A program made the translations under genes and the position numbers. The notes below the pieces were generated by a model, which was not told where the DNA came from, did no database searches, and saw only the letters and a list, made by a program, of their open reading frames with translations. A DNA stretch of 64,000 bases from assembly GCF_009914755.1 (NCBI RefSeq), contig NC_060932.1; one strand, written 5' to 3'. Each line of letters opens with the position of its first letter. Position 1 is the first letter of the stretch. Below are positions 22,801-35,700 of the stretch, piece after piece. Origin of the DNA: the human T2T-CHM13v2.0 reference genome, Homo sapiens.

Positions 22801-25800
22801 ACAGAAGCATTCGCAGAATCACGTTTGTGATGTGTGCACTCAACTGTCAGAATTGAACCTTGGTTTGGACAGAGCACTTTTGAAACACTCTTTTTGTAGA
22901 ATCTGCAGGTGGATATTTGGCTAGCTTTGAGGATTTCGTTGGAAACGGTAATGTCTTCAAAGAAAATCTAGACAGAAGCATTCTCAGAAACACCTTCGTG
23001 ATGTTTGCAATCAAGTCACAGAGTTGAACCTTCCGTTTCATAGAGCAGGTTGGAAACACTCTTTTTGTAGTATCTGGAAGTGGACATTTGGAGGGCTTTG
23101 TAGCCTATGTGGAAAAAGGAAATATCTTCCCATGAATGCGAGATAGAAGTAATCTCAGAAACATGTTTATGCTGTATCTACTCAACTAACTGTGCTGAAC
23201 ATTTCTATTGATAGAGCAGTTTTGAGACACTCTTCTTTTGGAATCTGCAAGTGGATATTTGGAGAGATTTGAGGATTTCGTTGGAAACGGGATTATATAT
23301 AAAAAGTAGACAGCAGCATTCTCAGAAACTTCTTTGTGATGTTTGCATCCAGCTCTCAGAGTTGAACATTCCCTTTCATAGAGTAGGTTTGAAACCCTCT
23401 TTTTATAGTGTCTGGAAGCGGGCATTTGGAGCGCTTTCAGGCCTATGCTTAAAATAGGAAATATCTACCTACAGAAACTAGACAGAAGCATTCTGAGAAT
23501 CTCGTTTGTGATGTGGGTACTCAACTAACAGTGTTGATCCATTCTTTTGATACAGCAGTTTTGAACCACACTTTTTGTAGAATCTGCAAGAGGATATTTG
23601 GATAGCTGTGAGGATTTCGTTGGAAACGGGAATGTCTTCAAAGAAAATCTAGACAGAAGCATTCTCAGAAATACCTTCGTGATGTTTGCAATCAAGTCAC
23701 AGAGTTGAACCTTCCGTTTCATAGAGCAGGTTGGAAACACTCTTATTGTAGTATCTGGAAGTGGACATTTGGAGCGCTTTCAGGCCTATGGTGAAAAAGG
23801 AAATATCTTCCCATAAAAACGATATAGAAGCTATCTCAGGAACTTGTTTATGATGCATCTAATCAACTAACAGTGTTGAACCTTTGTACTGACAGAGCAG
23901 TTTGAAACACTCTTTTTTGGGAATCTGCAAGTGGATATTTGGATCGCTTTGAGGATTTCGTTGGAAACGGGATGCAATATAAAACGTACACAGCAGCATA
24001 CTCAGAAAATACTTTGCCATATTTCCATTCAAGTCACAGAGTGGAACATTCCCATTCATAGAGCAGGTTGGAAACACTCTTTTTGGAGTATCTGGAAGTG
24101 GACATTTGGAGCGCTTTCTGAACTATGGTGAAAAAGGAAATATCTTCCAATGAAAACAAGACAGAAGCATTCTGAGAAACTTATTTGTGATGTGTGTCCT
24201 CAACAAACGGACTTGAACCTTTCGTTTCATGCAGTACTTCTGGAACACTCTTTTTGAAGATTCTGCATGCGGATATTTGGATAGCTTTGAGGATTTCGTT
24301 GGAAACGGGCTTACATGTAAAAATTAGACAGCAGCATTCTCAGAAACTTCTTTGTGGTGTCTGCATTCAAGTCACAGAATTGAACTTCCCCTCACATAGA
24401 GCAGTTGTGCAGCACTCTATTTGTAGTATCTGGAAGTGGACATTTGGAGGGCTTTGTAGCCTATCTGGAAAAAGGAAATATCTTCCCATGAATGCGAGAT
24501 AGAAGTAATCTCAGAAACATGTTTATGCTGTATCTACTCAACTAACTGTGCTGAACATTTCTATTGATAGAGCAGTTTTGAGACACTCTTCTTTTGGAAT
24601 CTGCAAGTGGATATTTGGATAGATTTGAGGATTTCGTTGGAAACGGGATTATATATAAAAAGTAGACAGCAGCATTCTCAGAAACTTCTTTGTGATGTTT
24701 GCATCCAGCTCTCAGAGTTGAACATTCCCTTTCATAGAGTAGGTTTGAAACCCTCTTTTTATAGTGTCTGGAAGCGGGCATTTGGAGCGCTTTCAGGCCT
24801 ATGCTTAAAATAGGAAATATCTACCTACAGAAACTAGACAGAAGCATTCTGAGAATCACGTTTGTGATGTGGGTACTCAACTAACAGTGTTGATCCATTC
24901 TTTTGATACAGCAGTTTTGAACCACACTTTTTGTAGAATCTGCAAGAGGATATTTGGATAGCTGTGAGGATTTCGTTGGAAACGGGGATGTCTTCAAAGA
25001 AAATCTAGACAGAAGCATTCTCAGAAACACCTTCGTGATGTTTGCAATCAAGTCACAGAGTTGAACCTTCCGTTTCATAGAGCAGGTTGGAAACACTCTT
25101 ATTGTAGTATCTGGAAGTGGACATTTGGAGCGCTTTCAGGCCTATGGTGAAAAAGGAAATATCTTCCCATAAAAACGACATAGAAGCTATCTCAGGAACT
25201 TGTTTATGATGCATCTAATCAACTAACAGTGTTGAACCTTTGTACTGACAGAGCAGTTTGAAACACTCTTTTTTTGGAATCTGCAAGTGGATATTTGGAT
25301 CGCTTTGAGGATTTCGTTGGAAACGGGATGCAATATAAAACGTACACAGCAGCATACTCAGAAAATACTTTGCCATATTTCCATTCAAGTCACAGAGTGG
25401 AACATTCCCATTCATAGAGCAGGTTGGAAACACTCTTTTTGGAGTATCTGGAAGTGGACATTTGGAGCGCTTTCTGAACTATGGTGAAAAAGGAAATATC
25501 TTCCAATGAAAACAAGACAGAAGCATTCTGAGAAACTTATTTGTGATGTGTGTCCTCAACAAACGGACTTGAACCTTTCGTTTCATGCAGTACTTCTGGA
25601 ACACTCTTTTTGAAGATTCTGCATGCGGATATTTGGATAGCTTTGAGGATTTCGTTGGAAACGGGCTTACATGTAAAAATTAGACAGCAGCATTCTCAGA
25701 AACTTCTTTGTGGTGTCTGCATTCAAGTCACAGAATTGAACTTCCCCTCACATAGAGCAGTTGTGCAGCACTCTATTTGTAGTATCTGGAAGTGGACATT

Positions 25801-28800
25801 TGGAGGGCTTTGTAGCCTATCTGGAAAAAGGAAATATCTTCCCATGAATGCGAGATAGAAGTAATCTCAGAAACATGTTTATGCTGTATCTACTCAACTA
25901 ACTGTGCTGAACATTTCTATTGATAGAGCAGTTTTGAGACACTCTTCTTTTGGAATCTGCAAGTGGATATTTGGATAGATTTGAGGATTTCGTTGGAAAC
26001 GGGATTATATATAAAAAGTAGACAGCAGCATTCTCAGAAACTTCTTTGTGATGTTTGCATCCAGCTCTCAGAGTTGAACATTCCCTTTCATAGAGTAGGT
26101 TTGAAACCCTCTTTTTATAGTGTCTGGAAGCGGGCATTTGGAGCGCTTTCAGGCCTATGCTGAAAAAGGAAATATCTACCTATAGAAACTAGACAGAAGC
26201 ATTCTGAGAATCACGTTTGTGATGTGGGTACTCAACTAACAGTGTTGATCCATTCTTTTGATACAGCAGTTTTGAACCACACTTTTTGTAGAATCTGCAA
26301 GTGGATATTTGGATAGCTGTGAGGATTTCGTTGGAAACGGGAATGTCTTCATAGAAAATTTAGACAGAAGCATTCTCAGAACCTTGATTGTGATGTGTGT
26401 TCTCCACTAACAGAGTTGAACCTTTCTTTTGACAGAACTGTTCTGAAACATTCTTTTTATAGAATCTGGAAGTGGATATTTGGAAAGCTTTGAGGATTTC
26501 GTTGGAAACGGGAATATCTTCAAATCAAATCTAGCCAGAAGCATTCTAAGAAACATCTTAGGGATGTTTACATTCAAGTCACAGAGTTGAACATTCCCTT
26601 TCACAGAGCAGGTTTGAAACAATCTTCTCGTACTATCTGGCAGTGGACATTTTGAGCTCCTTGGGGCCTATGCTGAAAAAGGAAATATCTTCCGACAAAA
26701 ACTAGACAGAAGCATTCGCAGAATCACGTTTGTGATGTGTGCACTCAACTGTCAGAATTGAACCTTGGTTTGGACAGAGCACTTTTGAAACACTCTTTTT
26801 GTAGAATCTGCAGGTGGATATTTGGCTAGCTTTGAGGATTTCGTTGGAAACGGTAATGTCTTCAAAGAAAATCTAGACAGAAGCATTCTCAGAAACACCT
26901 TCGTGATGTTTGCAATCAAGTCACAGAGTTGAACCTTCCGTTTCATAGAGCAGGTTGGAAACACTCTTTTTGTAGTATCTGGAAGTGGACATTTGGAGGG
27001 CTTTGTAGCCTATGTGGAAAAAGGAAATATCTTCCCATGAATGCGAGATAGAAGTAATCTCAGAAACATGTTTATGCTGTATCTACTCAACTAACTGTGC
27101 TGAACATTTCTATTGATAGAGCAGTTTTGAGACACTCTTCTTTTGGAATCTGCAAGTGGATATTTGGAGAGATTTGAGGATTTCGTTGGAAACGGGATTA
27201 TATATAAAAAGTAGACAGCAGCATTCTCAGAAACTTCTTTGTGATGTTTGCATCCAGCTCTCAGAGTTGAACATTCCCTTTCATAGAGTAGGTTTGAAAC
27301 CCTCTTTTTATAGTGTCTGGAAGCGGGCATTTGGAGCGCTTTCAGGCCTATGCTTAAAATAGGAAATATCTACCTACAGAAACTAGACAGAAGCATTCTG
27401 AGAATCTCGTTTGTGATGTGGGTACTCAACTAACAGTGTTGATCCATTCTTTTGATACAGCAGTTTTTAACCACACTTTTTGTAGAATCTGCAAGAGGAT
27501 ATTTGGATAGCTGTGAGGATTTCGTTGGAAACGGGAATGTCTTCAAAGAAAATCTAGACAGAAACATTCTCAGAAACACCTTCGTGATGTTTGCAATCAA
27601 GTCACAGAGTTGAACCTTCCGTTTCATAGAGCAGGTTGGAAACACTCTTATTGTAGTATCTGGAAGTGGACATTTGGAGCGCTTTCAGGCCTATGGTGAA
27701 AAAGGAAATATCTTCCCATAAAAACGACATAGAAGCTATCTCAGGAACTTGTTTATGAGGCATCTAATCAACTAACAGTGTTGAACCTTTGTACTGACAG
27801 AGCAGTTTGAAACACTCTTTTTTTGGAATCTGCAAGTGGATATTTGGATCGCTTTGAGGATTTCGTTTGAAACGGGATGCAATAAAAAACGTACACAGCA
27901 GCATACTCAGAAAATACTTTGCCATATTTCCATTCAAGTCACAGAGTGGAACATTCCCATTCATAGAGCAGGTTGGAAACACTCTTTTTGGAGTATCTGG
28001 AAGTGGACATTTGGAGCGCTTTCTGAACTATGGTGAAAAAGGAAATATCTTCCAATGAAAACAAGACAGAAGCATTCTGAGAAACTTATTTGTGATGTGT
28101 GTCCTCAACAAACGGACTTGAACCTTTCGTTTCATGCAGTACTTCTGGAACACTCTTTTTGAAGATTCTGCATGCGGATATTTGGATAGCTTTGAGGATT
28201 TCGTTGGAAACGGGCTTACATGTAAAAATTAGACAGCAGCATTCTCAGAAACTTCTTTGTGGTGTCTGCATTCAAGTCACAGAATTGAACTTCCCCTCAC
28301 ATAGAGCAGTTGTGCAGCACTCTATTTGTAGTATCTGGAAGTGGACATTTGGAGGGCTTTGTAGCCTATCTGGAAAAAGGAAATATCTTCCCATGAATGC
28401 GAGATAGAAGTAATCTCAGAAACATGTTTATGCTGTATCTACTCAACTAACTGTGCTGAACATTTCTATTGATAGAGCAGTTTTGAGACACTCTTCTTTT
28501 GGAATCTGCAAGTGGATATTTGGATAGATTTGAGGATTTCGTTGGAAACGGGATTATATATAAAAAGTAGACAGCAGCATTCTCAGAAACTTCTTTGTGA
28601 TGTTTGCATCCAGCTCTCAGAGTTGAACATTCCCTTTCATAGAGTAGGTTTGAAACCCTCTTTTTATAGTGTCTGGAAGCGGGCATTTGGAGCGCTTTCA
28701 GGCCTATGCTTAAAATAGGAAATATCTACCTACAGAAACTAGACAGAAGCATTCTGAGAATCACGTTTGTGATGTGGGTACTCAACTAACAGTGTTGATC

Positions 28801-29765
28801 CATTCTTTTGATACAGCAGTTTTGAACCACACTTTTTGTAGAATCTGCAAGAGGATATTTGGATAGCTGTGAGGATTTCGTTGGAAACGGGGATGTCTTC
28901 AAAGAAAATCTAGACAGAAGCATTCTCAGAAACACCTTCGTGATGTTTGCAATCAAGTCACAGAGTTGAACCTTCCGTTTCATAGAGCAGGTTGGAAACA
29001 CTCTTATTGTAGTATCTGGAAGTGGACATTTGGAGCGCTTTCAGGCCTATGGTGAAAAAGGAAATATCTTCCCATAAAAACGACATAGAAGCTATCTCAG
29101 GAACTTGTTTATGATGCATCTAATCAACTAACAGTGTTGAACCTTTGTACTGACAGAGCAGTTTGAAACACTCTTTTTTTGGAATCTGCAAGTGGATATT
29201 TGGATCGCTTTGAGGATTTCGTTGGAAACGGGATGCAATATAAAACGTACACAGCAGCATACTCAGAAAATACTTTGCCATATTTCCATTCAAGTCACAG
29301 AGTGGAACATTCCCATTCATAGAGCAGGTTGGAAACACTCTTTTTGGAGTATCTGGAAGTGGACATTTGGAGCGCTTTCTGAACTATGGTGAAAAAGGAA
29401 ATATCTTCCAATGAAAACAAGACAGAAGCATTCTGAGAAACTTATTTGTGATGTGTGTCCTCAACAAACGGACTTGAACCTTTCGTTTCATGCAGTACTT
29501 CTGGAACACTCTTTTTGAAGATTCTGCATGCGGATATTTGGATAGCTTTGAGGATTTCGTTGGAAACGGGCTTACATGTAAAAATTAGACAGCAGCATTC
29601 TCAGAAACTTCTTTGTGGGGTCTGCATTCAAGTCACAGAATTGAACTTCCCCTCACATAGAGCAGTTGTGCAGCACTCTATTTGTAGTATCTGGAAGTGG
29701 ACATTTGGAGGGCTTTGTAGCCTATCTGGAAAAAGGAAATATCTTCCCATGAATGCGAGATAGAA
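16858..29765 (+). repeat. Transitional block: 7-8-7-8 then two 7-8-8 (23-mer, 3905 bp) units
   Basis: Units start at 16858, 18051, 19407, 20600, 21956, 23149, 24505, 25861, 27054 and 28410. Both 8-mer haplotypes are interleaved. Confidence 0.9.
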
Positions 29766-32700
29766 GTAATCTCAGAAACATGTTTATGCTGTATCTACTC
29801 AACTAACTGTGCTGAACATTTCTATTGATAGAGCAGTTTTGAGACACTCTTCTTTTGGAATCTGCAAGTGGATATTTGGATAGATTTGAGGATTTCGTTG
29901 GAAACGGGATTATATATAAAAAGTAGACAGCAGCATTCTCAGAAACTTCTTTGTGATGTTTGCATCCAGCTCTCAGAGTTGAACATTCCCTTTCATAGAG
30001 TAGGTTTGAAACCCTCTTTTTATAGTGTCTGGAAGCGGGCATTTGGAGCGCTTTCAGGCCTATGCTGAAAAAGGAAATATCTACCTATAGAAACTAGACA
30101 GAAGCATTCTGAGAATCACGTTTGTGATGTGGGTACTCAACTAACAGTGTTGATCCATTCTTTTGATACAGCAGTTTTGAACCACACTTTTTGTAGAATC
30201 TGCAAGTGGATATTTGGATAGCTGTGAGGATTTCGTTGGAAACGGGAATGTCTTCATAGAAAATTTAGACAGAAGCATTCTCAGAACCTTGATTGTGATG
30301 TGTGTTCTCCACTAACAGAGTTGAACCTTTCTTTTGACAGAACTGTTCTGAAACATTCTTTTTATAGAATCTGGAAGTGGATATTTGGAAAGCTTTGAGG
30401 ATTTCGTTGGAAACGGGAATATCTTCAAATCAAATCTAGCCAGAAGCATTCTAAGAAACAACTTAGGGATGTTTACATTCAAGTCACAGAGTTGAACATT
30501 CCCTTTCACAGAGCAGGTTTGAAACAATCTTCTCGTACTATCTGGCAGTGGACATTTTGAGCTCCTTGGGGCCTATGCTGAAAAAGGAAATATCTTCCGA
30601 CAAAAACTAGACAGAAGCATTCGCAGAATCACGTTTGTGATGTGTGCACTCAACTGTCAGAATTGAACCTTGGTTTGGACAGAGCACTTTTGAAACACTC
30701 TTTTTGTAGAATCTGCAGGTGGATATTTGGCTAGCTTTGAGGATTTCGTTGGAAACGGTAATGTCTTCAAAGAAAATCTAGACAGAAGCATTCTCAGAAA
30801 CACCTTCGTGATGTTTGCAATCAAGTCACAGAGTTGAACCTTCCGTTTCATAGAGCAGGTTGGAAACACTCTTTTTGTAGTATCTGGAAGTGGACATTTG
30901 GAGGGCTTTGTAGCCTATGTGGAAAAAGGAAATATCTTCCCATGAATGCGAGATAGAAGTAATCTCAGAAACATGTTTATGCTGTATCTACTCAACTAAC
31001 TGTGCTGAACATTTCTATTGATAGAGCAGTTTTGAGACACTCTTCTTTTGGAATCTGCAAGTGGATATTTGGAGAGATTTGAGGATTTCGTTGGAAACGG
31101 GATTATATATAAAAAGTAGACAGCAGCATTCTCAGAAACTTCTTTGTGATGTTTGCATCCAGCTCTCAGAGTTGAACATTCCCTTTCATAGAGTAGGTTT
31201 GAAACCCTCTTTTTATAGTGTCTGGAAGCGGGCATTTGGAGCGCTTTCAGGCCTATGCTTAAAATAGGAAATATCTACCTACAGAAACTAGACAGAAGCA
31301 TTCTGAGAATCTCGTTTGTGATGTGGGTACTCAACTAACAGTGTTGATCCATTCTTTTGATACAGCAGTTTTGAACCACACTTTTTGTAGAATCTGCAAG
31401 AGGATATTTGGATAGCTGTGAGGATTTCGTTGGAAACGGGAATGTCTTCAAAGAAAATCTAGACAGAAACATTCTCAGAAACACCTTCGTGATGTTTGCA
31501 ATCAAGTCACAGAGTTGAACCTTCCGTTTCATAGAGCAGGTTGGAAACACTCTTATTGTAGTATCTGGAAGTGGACATTTGGAGCGCTTTCAGGCCTATG
31601 GTGAAAAAGGAAATATCTTCCCATAAAAACGACATAGAAGCTATCTCAGGAACTTGTTTATGAGGCATCTAATCAACTAACAGTGTTGAACCTTTGTACT
31701 GACAGAGCAGTTTGAAACACTCTTTTTTTGGAATCTGCAAGTGGATATTTGGATCGCTTTGAGGATTTCGTTGGAAACGGGATGCAATATAAAACGTACA
31801 CAGCAGCATACTCAGAAAATTCTTTGCCATATTTCCATTCAAGTCACAGAGTGGAATATTCCCATTCATAGAGCAGGTTGGAAACACTCTTTTTGGAGTA
31901 TCTGGAAGTGGACATTTGGAGCGCTTTCTGAACTATGGTGAAAAAGGAAATATCTTCCAATGAAAACAAGACAGAAGCATTCTGAGAAACTTATTTGTGA
32001 TGTGTGTCCTCAACAAACGGACTTGAACCTTTCGTTTCATGCAGTACTTCTGGAACACTCTTTTTGAAGATTCTGCATGCGGATATTTGGATAGCTTTGA
32101 GGATTTCGTTGGAAACGGGCTTACATGTAAAAATTAGACAGCAGCATTCTCAGAAACTTCTTTGTGGTGTCTGCATTCAAGTCACAGAATTGAACATCCC
32201 CTCACATAGAGCAGTTGTGCAGCACTCTATTTGTAGTATCTGGAAGTGGACATTTGGAGGGCTTTGTAGCCTATGTGGAAAAAGGAAATATCTTCCCATG
32301 AATGCGAGATAGAAGTAATCTCAGAAACATGTTTATGCTGTATCTACTCAACTAACTGTGCTGAACATTTCTATTGATAGAGCAGTTTTGAGACACTCTT
32401 CTTTTGGAATCTGCAAGTGGATATTTGGATAGATTTGAGGATTTCGTTGGAAACGGGATTATATATAAAAAGTAGACAGCAGCATTCTCAGAAACTTCTT
32501 TGTGATGTTTGCATCCAGCTCTCAGAGTTGAACATTCCCTTTCATAGAGTAGGTTTGAAACCCTCTTTTTATAGTGTCTGGAAGCGGGCATTTGGAGCGC
32601 TTTCAGGCCTATGCTGAAAAAGGAAATATCTACCTATAGAAACTAGACAGAAGCATTCTGAGAATCACGTTTGTGATGTGGGTACTCAACTAACAGTGTT

Positions 32701-35700
32701 GATCCATTCTTTTGATACAGCAGTTTTGAACCACACTTTTTGTAGAATCTGCAAGTGGATATTTGGATAGCTGTGAGGATTTCGTTGGAAACGGGAATGT
32801 CTTCATAGAAAATTTAGACAGAAGCATTCTCAGAACCTTGATTGTGATGTGTGTTCTCCACTAACAGAGTTGAACCTTTCTTTTGACAGAACTGTTCTGA
32901 AACATTCTTTTTATAGAATCTGGAAGTGGATATTTGGAAAGCTTTGAGGATTTCGTTGGAAACGGGAATATCTTCAAATCAAATCTAGCCAGAAGCATTC
33001 TAAGAAACATCTTAGGGATGTTTACATTCAAGTCACAGAGTTGAACATTCCCTTTCACAGAGCAGGTTTGAAACAATCTTCTCGTACTATCTGGCAGTGG
33101 ACATTTTGAGCTCCTTGGGGCCTATGCTGAAAAAGGAAATATCTTCCGACAAAAACTAGACAGAAGCATTCGCAGAATCACGTTTGTGATGTGTGCACTC
33201 AACTGTCAGAATTGAACCTTGGTTTGGACAGAGCACTTTTGAAACACTCTTTTTGTAGAATCTGCAGGTGGATATTTGGCTAGCTTTGAGGATTTCGTTG
33301 GAAACGGTAATGTCTTCAAAGAAAATCTAGACAGAAGCATTCTCAGAAACACCTTCGTGATGTTTGCAATCAAGTCACAGAGTTGAACCTTCCGTTTCAT
33401 AGAGCAGGTTGGAAACACTCTTTTTGTAGTATCTGGAAGTGGACATTTGGAGGGCTTTGTAGCCTATGTGGAAAAAGGAAATATCTTCCCATGAATGCGA
33501 GATAGAAGTAATCTCAGAAACATGTTTATGCTGTATCTACTCAACTAACTGTGCTGAACATTTCTATTGATAGAGCAGTTTTGAGACACTCTTCTTTTGG
33601 AATCTGCAAGTGGATATTTGGAGAGATTTGAGGATTTCGTTGGAAACGGGATTATATATAAAAAGTAGACAGCAGCATTCTCAGAAACTTCTTTGTGATG
33701 TTTGCATCCAGCTCTCAGAGTTGAACATTCCCTTTCATAGAGTAGGTTTGAAACCCTCTTTTTATAGTGTCTGGAAGCGGGCATTTGGAGCGCTTTCAGG
33801 CCTATGCTTAAAATAGGAAATATCTACCTACAGAAACTAGACAGAAGCATTCTGAGAATCTCGTTTGTGATGTGGGTACTCAACTAACAGTGTTGATCCA
33901 TTCTTTTGATACAGCAGTTTTGAACCACACTTTTTGTAGAATCTGCAAGAGGATATTTGGATAGCTGTGAGGATTTCGTTGGAAACGGGAATGTCTTCAA
34001 AGAAAATCTAGACAGAAACATTCTCAGAAACACCTTCGTGATGTTTGCAATCAAGTCACAGAGTTGAACCTTCCGTTTCATAGAGCAGGTTGGAAACACT
34101 CTTATTGTAGTATCTGGAAGTGGACATTTGGAGCGCTTTCAGGCCTATGGTGAAAAAGGAAATATCTTCCCATAAAAGCGACATAGAAGCTATCTCAGGA
34201 ACTTGTTTATGAGGCATCTAATCAACTAACAGTGTTGAACCTTTGTACTGACAGAGCAGTTTGAAACACTCTTTTTTTGGAATCTGCAAGTGGATATTTG
34301 GATCGCTTTGAGGATTTCGTTGGAAACGGGATGCAATATAAAACGTACACAGCAGCATACTCAGAAAATACTTTGCCATATTTCCATTCAAGTCACAGAG
34401 TGGAACATTCCCATTCATAGAGCAGGTTGGAAACACTCTTTTTGGAGTATCTGGAAGTGGACATTTGGAGCGCTTTCTGAACTATGGTGAAAAAGGAAAT
34501 ATCTTCCAATGAAAACAAGACAGAAGCATTCTGAGAAACTTATTTGTGATGTGTGTCCTCAACAAACGGACTTGAACCTTTCGTTTCATGCAGTACTTCT
34601 GGAACACTCTTTTTGAAGATTCTGCATGCGGATATTTGGATAGCTTTGAGGATTTCGTTGGAAACGGGCTTACATGTAAAAATTAGACAGCAGCATTCTC
34701 AGAAACTTCTTTGTGGTGTCTGCATTCAAGTCACAGAATTGAACATCCCCTCACATAGAGCAGTTGTGCAGCACTCTATTTGTAGTATCTGGAAGTGGAC
34801 ATTTGGAGGGCTTTGTAGCCTATGTGGAAAAAGGAAATATCTTCCCATGAATGCGAGATAGAAGTAATCTCAGAAACATGTTTATGCTGTATCTACTCAA
34901 CTAACTGTGCTGAACATTTCTATTGATAGAGCAGTTTTGAGACACTCTTCTTTTGGAATCTGCAAGTGGATATTTGGATAGATTTGAGGATTTCGTTGGA
35001 AACGGGATTATATATAAAAAGTAGACAGCAGCATTCTCAGAAACTTCTTTGTGATGTTTGCATCCAGCTCTCAGAGTTGAACATTCCCTTTCATAGAGTA
35101 GGTTTGAAACCCTCTTTTTATAGTGTCTGGAAGCGGACATTTGGAGCGCTTTCAGGCCTATGCTGAAAAAGGAAATATCTACCTATAGAAACTAGACAGA
35201 AGCATTCTGAGAATCACGTTTGTGATGTGGGTACTCAACTAACAGTGTTGATCCATTCTTTTGATACAGCAGTTTTGAACCACACTTTTTGTAGAATCTG
35301 CAAGTGGATATTTGGATAGCTGTGAGGATTTCGTTGGAAACGGGAATGTCTTCATAGAAAATTTAGACAGAAGCATTCTCAGAACCTTGATTGTGATGTG
35401 TGTTCTCCACTAACAGAGTTGAACCTTTCTTTTGACAGAACTGTTCTGAAACATTCTTTTTATAGAATCTGGAAGTGGATATTTGGAAAGCTTTGAGGAT
35501 TTCGTTGGAAACGGGAATATCTTCAAATCAAATCTAGCCAGAAGCATTCTAAGAAACATCTTAGGGATGTTTACATTCAAGTCACAGAGTTGAACATTCC
35601 CTTTCACAGAGCAGGTTTGAAACAATCTTCTCGTACTATCTGGCAGTGGACATTTTGAGCTCCTTGGGGCCTATGCTGAAAAAGGAAATATCTTCCGACA

